Source: Myxococcota bacterium (GTDB taxonomy: Bacteria; Myxococcota_A; UBA796; CAJQPC01). Taken from it: a stretch of DNA of 64,000 bases. Under the pieces are notes generated by a model, which saw nothing but the letters and a program-made list of their open reading frames with translations, did no database searches and was not told where the DNA came from. The translations under genes were made by a program, and so were the position numbers. The stretch lies in NCBI GenBank assembly GCA_036012755.1, contig DASCPX010000037.1:1-64000 (forward strand). The letters run 5' to 3'. Of the stretch, positions 62,801 to 64,000 are shown piece by piece. The number at the start of each line of letters is the position of its first letter. Within the stretch, counting starts at the first letter, position 1.

Positions 62801-63765
62801 AGGCCGGCGAGATCGGCCACCTCATCGGTGACCACGATACCTCCGAGCGCCACCTCCAGATCGCACTGGAGCTGGCCGCCGAGGGTGGCAGCGGAGACCT
62901 CGAGGTCGCCTGCTACCTCGCCCTCGGTCGTGTCTTCACGGCGACCGGTCGGACCATCCTTGCCTCCGCGAGCCTGGAGCAGGGCCTCAGCGAGACGAGG
63001 ATGCGCAACGACCCGCGGCTCTGCGCCGAGTTCCTCAGCGCTCTGGCCCACCTCGCCAGCGAGGGCGGTGACTACGCCACCGCCGAGGCCTACCTCGCAG
63101 AGGCCATGGAGCTCGCCGGCGACGACCCCGTCACCGCGGCGCTCGCTCAGCTCGGCATGGCCAATCGCTACCTGCGCGACGACAGGCCGCAGCAGGCCTG
63201 GCGCTACCTGCAGGACGCGCGGGTCCTCGCAGAGGTCTCCGGCGACCGGATCCTGATGGGCCGTATCTACAACAACCTGGGCACCGCGCGGCATGGGCTC
63301 GGTGACTACGCCAAGGCGCTCGAGTACTTCCGAAAGGCCCTCGATACCCGGCGCGGGAGCGGCTACCGCCACGGGCTGGTCATCAACCTCCACAACATCG
63401 GGGACGCCCACATGCGCCTCGGTCGCCTGGGTCGAGCTCACGCCGCCTTCCTCGAGTCCCGTGACATCGCGCGGCAGGTCGGCTTGGAGCGCCAGGTCGC
63501 CCTCAACGACGTCTTCATCGGCTACCTCGCGGCCCTGCGCGAGGACACGGGGTCGGGCCTCGCCCAGCTCCGCAAGGCCACCGCCGCCGCCGAGCGCCTC
63601 GAGGACCCCGAGACGGTGCTTCGAGGCCACTGGCTGGAGGGCAAGGTGCTGCGGGAGGCCGGCCGGGACCAGGCGGCCCGCGCCGTGCTGAAGAAGGCCC
63701 TCGAGGCGGCGCGGGAGATGGGCTCGGCCTGGATCGCTCGCGACATCGAGGCCGAGCTCTTGTGA
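59803..63765 (+). CDS. Ser/Thr kinase - class III cyclase-like - AAA ATPase - TPR multidomain protein
   Basis: GGMAEVF, HRDVSPHN, DFG, YMSPEQ; GLHRG and MKG cyclase motifs; GEAGSGKTRL; TPRs. Confidence 0.9.
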   Translation: MDLPAPFGKYQLLERIATGGMAEVFLARSFGVEGFEKRLVIKRILPQLAHSQHFVQMFIREAKISALLSHPNIVSVYELGKVGQDHYIAMELIHGRDLTRSVRRRRAMGLALPLPVAVYVTAGLARGLAYAHSRVDAEGNPAPIVHRDVSPHNVLLSFQGEVKLADFGIARMLNELEREPTGQPGGGKFAYMSPEQARGERIDQRSDIFSCGIVLYELLVNHRLFQDPDPQEKLRQVREAIVPDPREEVPAIPDRLWDILQVALSRDPGDRYADAGLLEEDLRAFLFEAGHRIDDASLGSFLRELFEDELGPDPSAALLQNLAHELTRLEESMDQTRSDATSTASSAPSEPGARRPIGEKKSVAVLVAEVVGLTDASEVIEPEEVLRQQETVNRALARVAGRFHGWLDAPSHDTITMLFGIPRAFEDDLDRALACSLELLRAVRKLRKKGQPVELAVGLHRGEVALSGTPDDMSYVPRGNVVKLARRLAALADPGEIRVSDLVASLGGDRWRFNLGPRIRMKGRRKDLSTFVLAGRRRKVRGGPGGRWIRRAGELEVLASAITGLAEGRGGVLAISGEAGSGKTRLVRELREQAARGRVPCYVARCYPYGNEHPLAALRDVVAAVLGIEDDDPPEVIRQRLARLSELSVDEPDIATIGDFFALGSQRRAQPTKEDIYGAGSAFVKGLARSRPTLTVVEDLQYMPVFERQLLGHLVRASAGSRLLWILTWRGRKPPSELPRPSEEIRLGPLDDEARSQLAADILAVRAIGPDLVDFVDRHATKNPLYVVEVVKSLQQKGGIKIEGRKARLSDPTGGEVLLPPTLEGLVSSRVDDLDPAAKGALQIAATIGLSFSPTLVAEAAGLEDAAPLFRDLVDAGLIVPEGGEERRHTFASHLVWQVVRRSILGVQLRDHHRLVAEGMERLFADHLEPHYDALASHCAAAGRLVDAARFVNLAGDKHRTGAFLERALACYERGVAWLEMAEGKDGGGSLRGEAVLRLKAGEIGHLIGDHDTSERHLQIALELAAEGGSGDLEVACYLALGRVFTATGRTILASASLEQGLSETRMRNDPRLCAEFLSALAHLASEGGDYATAEAYLAEAMELAGDDPVTAALAQLGMANRYLRDDRPQQAWRYLQDARVLAEVSGDRILMGRIYNNLGTARHGLGDYAKALEYFRKALDTRRGSGYRHGLVINLHNIGDAHMRLGRLGRAHAAFLESRDIARQVGLERQVALNDVFIGYLAALREDTGSGLAQLRKATAAAERLEDPETVLRGHWLEGKVLREAGRDQAARAVLKKALEAAREMGSAWIARDIEAELL

Positions 63766-63775
63766 GGGTGGCTCC

Positions 63776-64000
63776 GTGAAGGTCTTCCGTCTCGCTACAG
63801 GGCGCCCGGTGCCGCCGCTGTCCGACCCGCCGCTGGAGGTCCAGATCCTGGGTCGATCGCTCGAGGTCTACCAGCGGGAGGAGATCGAGGAGGCTGGATG
63901 CGTGCTGGTCGATACGGTCCCGCGCGATGAGCCCTACCTGCTCATCAGCGACCGGACGTGGTTCACCCGCGCCACGCTCGAGTTCATCAAGGAAGCCCCG
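63776..64000 (+). CDS. Partial hypothetical protein running off the window end
   Basis: GTG after GAGGG; open frame MKVFRLATGRPVPPLSDPP... to the end. Confidence 0.55.
   Translation, partial: MKVFRLATGRPVPPLSDPPLEVQILGRSLEVYQREEIEEAGCVLVDTVPRDEPYLLISDRTWFTRATLEFIKEAP

Overview
GC-rich, densely packed chromosomal window, most likely from a Myxococcota (myxobacteria-like) organism. This is inferred from the Glt gliding genes, MYXO-CTERM-like tails, Cys-rich repeat proteins and HRDVSPxN-type Ser/Thr kinases. Left part (minus strand): an ExbB-ExbD-TonB-TonB-dependent receptor-lipoprotein unit, then one continuous gliding cluster gltB-A-C-D-E-F-G-H, an Ig-like lipoprotein, an orphan rplC with a ~57-aa helical insertion, and scoA/scoB. 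Middle: tRNA-Cys, GT2-GT4-PBP1A operon, secreted S8, phosphoesterase and Ca-repeat proteins, a split TRAP transporter, tRNA-Met, a GT-C-like membrane protein and a linalool-dehydratase-like protein. Right: a FliA-type sigma factor behind a sigma54-type promoter, M14 and M23 peptidases, YqgE, ClpX, a DnaJ-type protein, Lon and two Ser/Thr kinases. No mobile element or CRISPR array was seen. The most unusual patterns are: (1) about 15 exported proteins with very short signal peptides lacking a basic n-region; (2) the L3 insertion; (3) the single merged glt cluster with a shared upstream GTCA direct repeat; (4) widespread leaderless-type promoters; (5) a candidate sigma54-to-sigma28 cascade. All family calls are by eye from motifs; no database searches were run.
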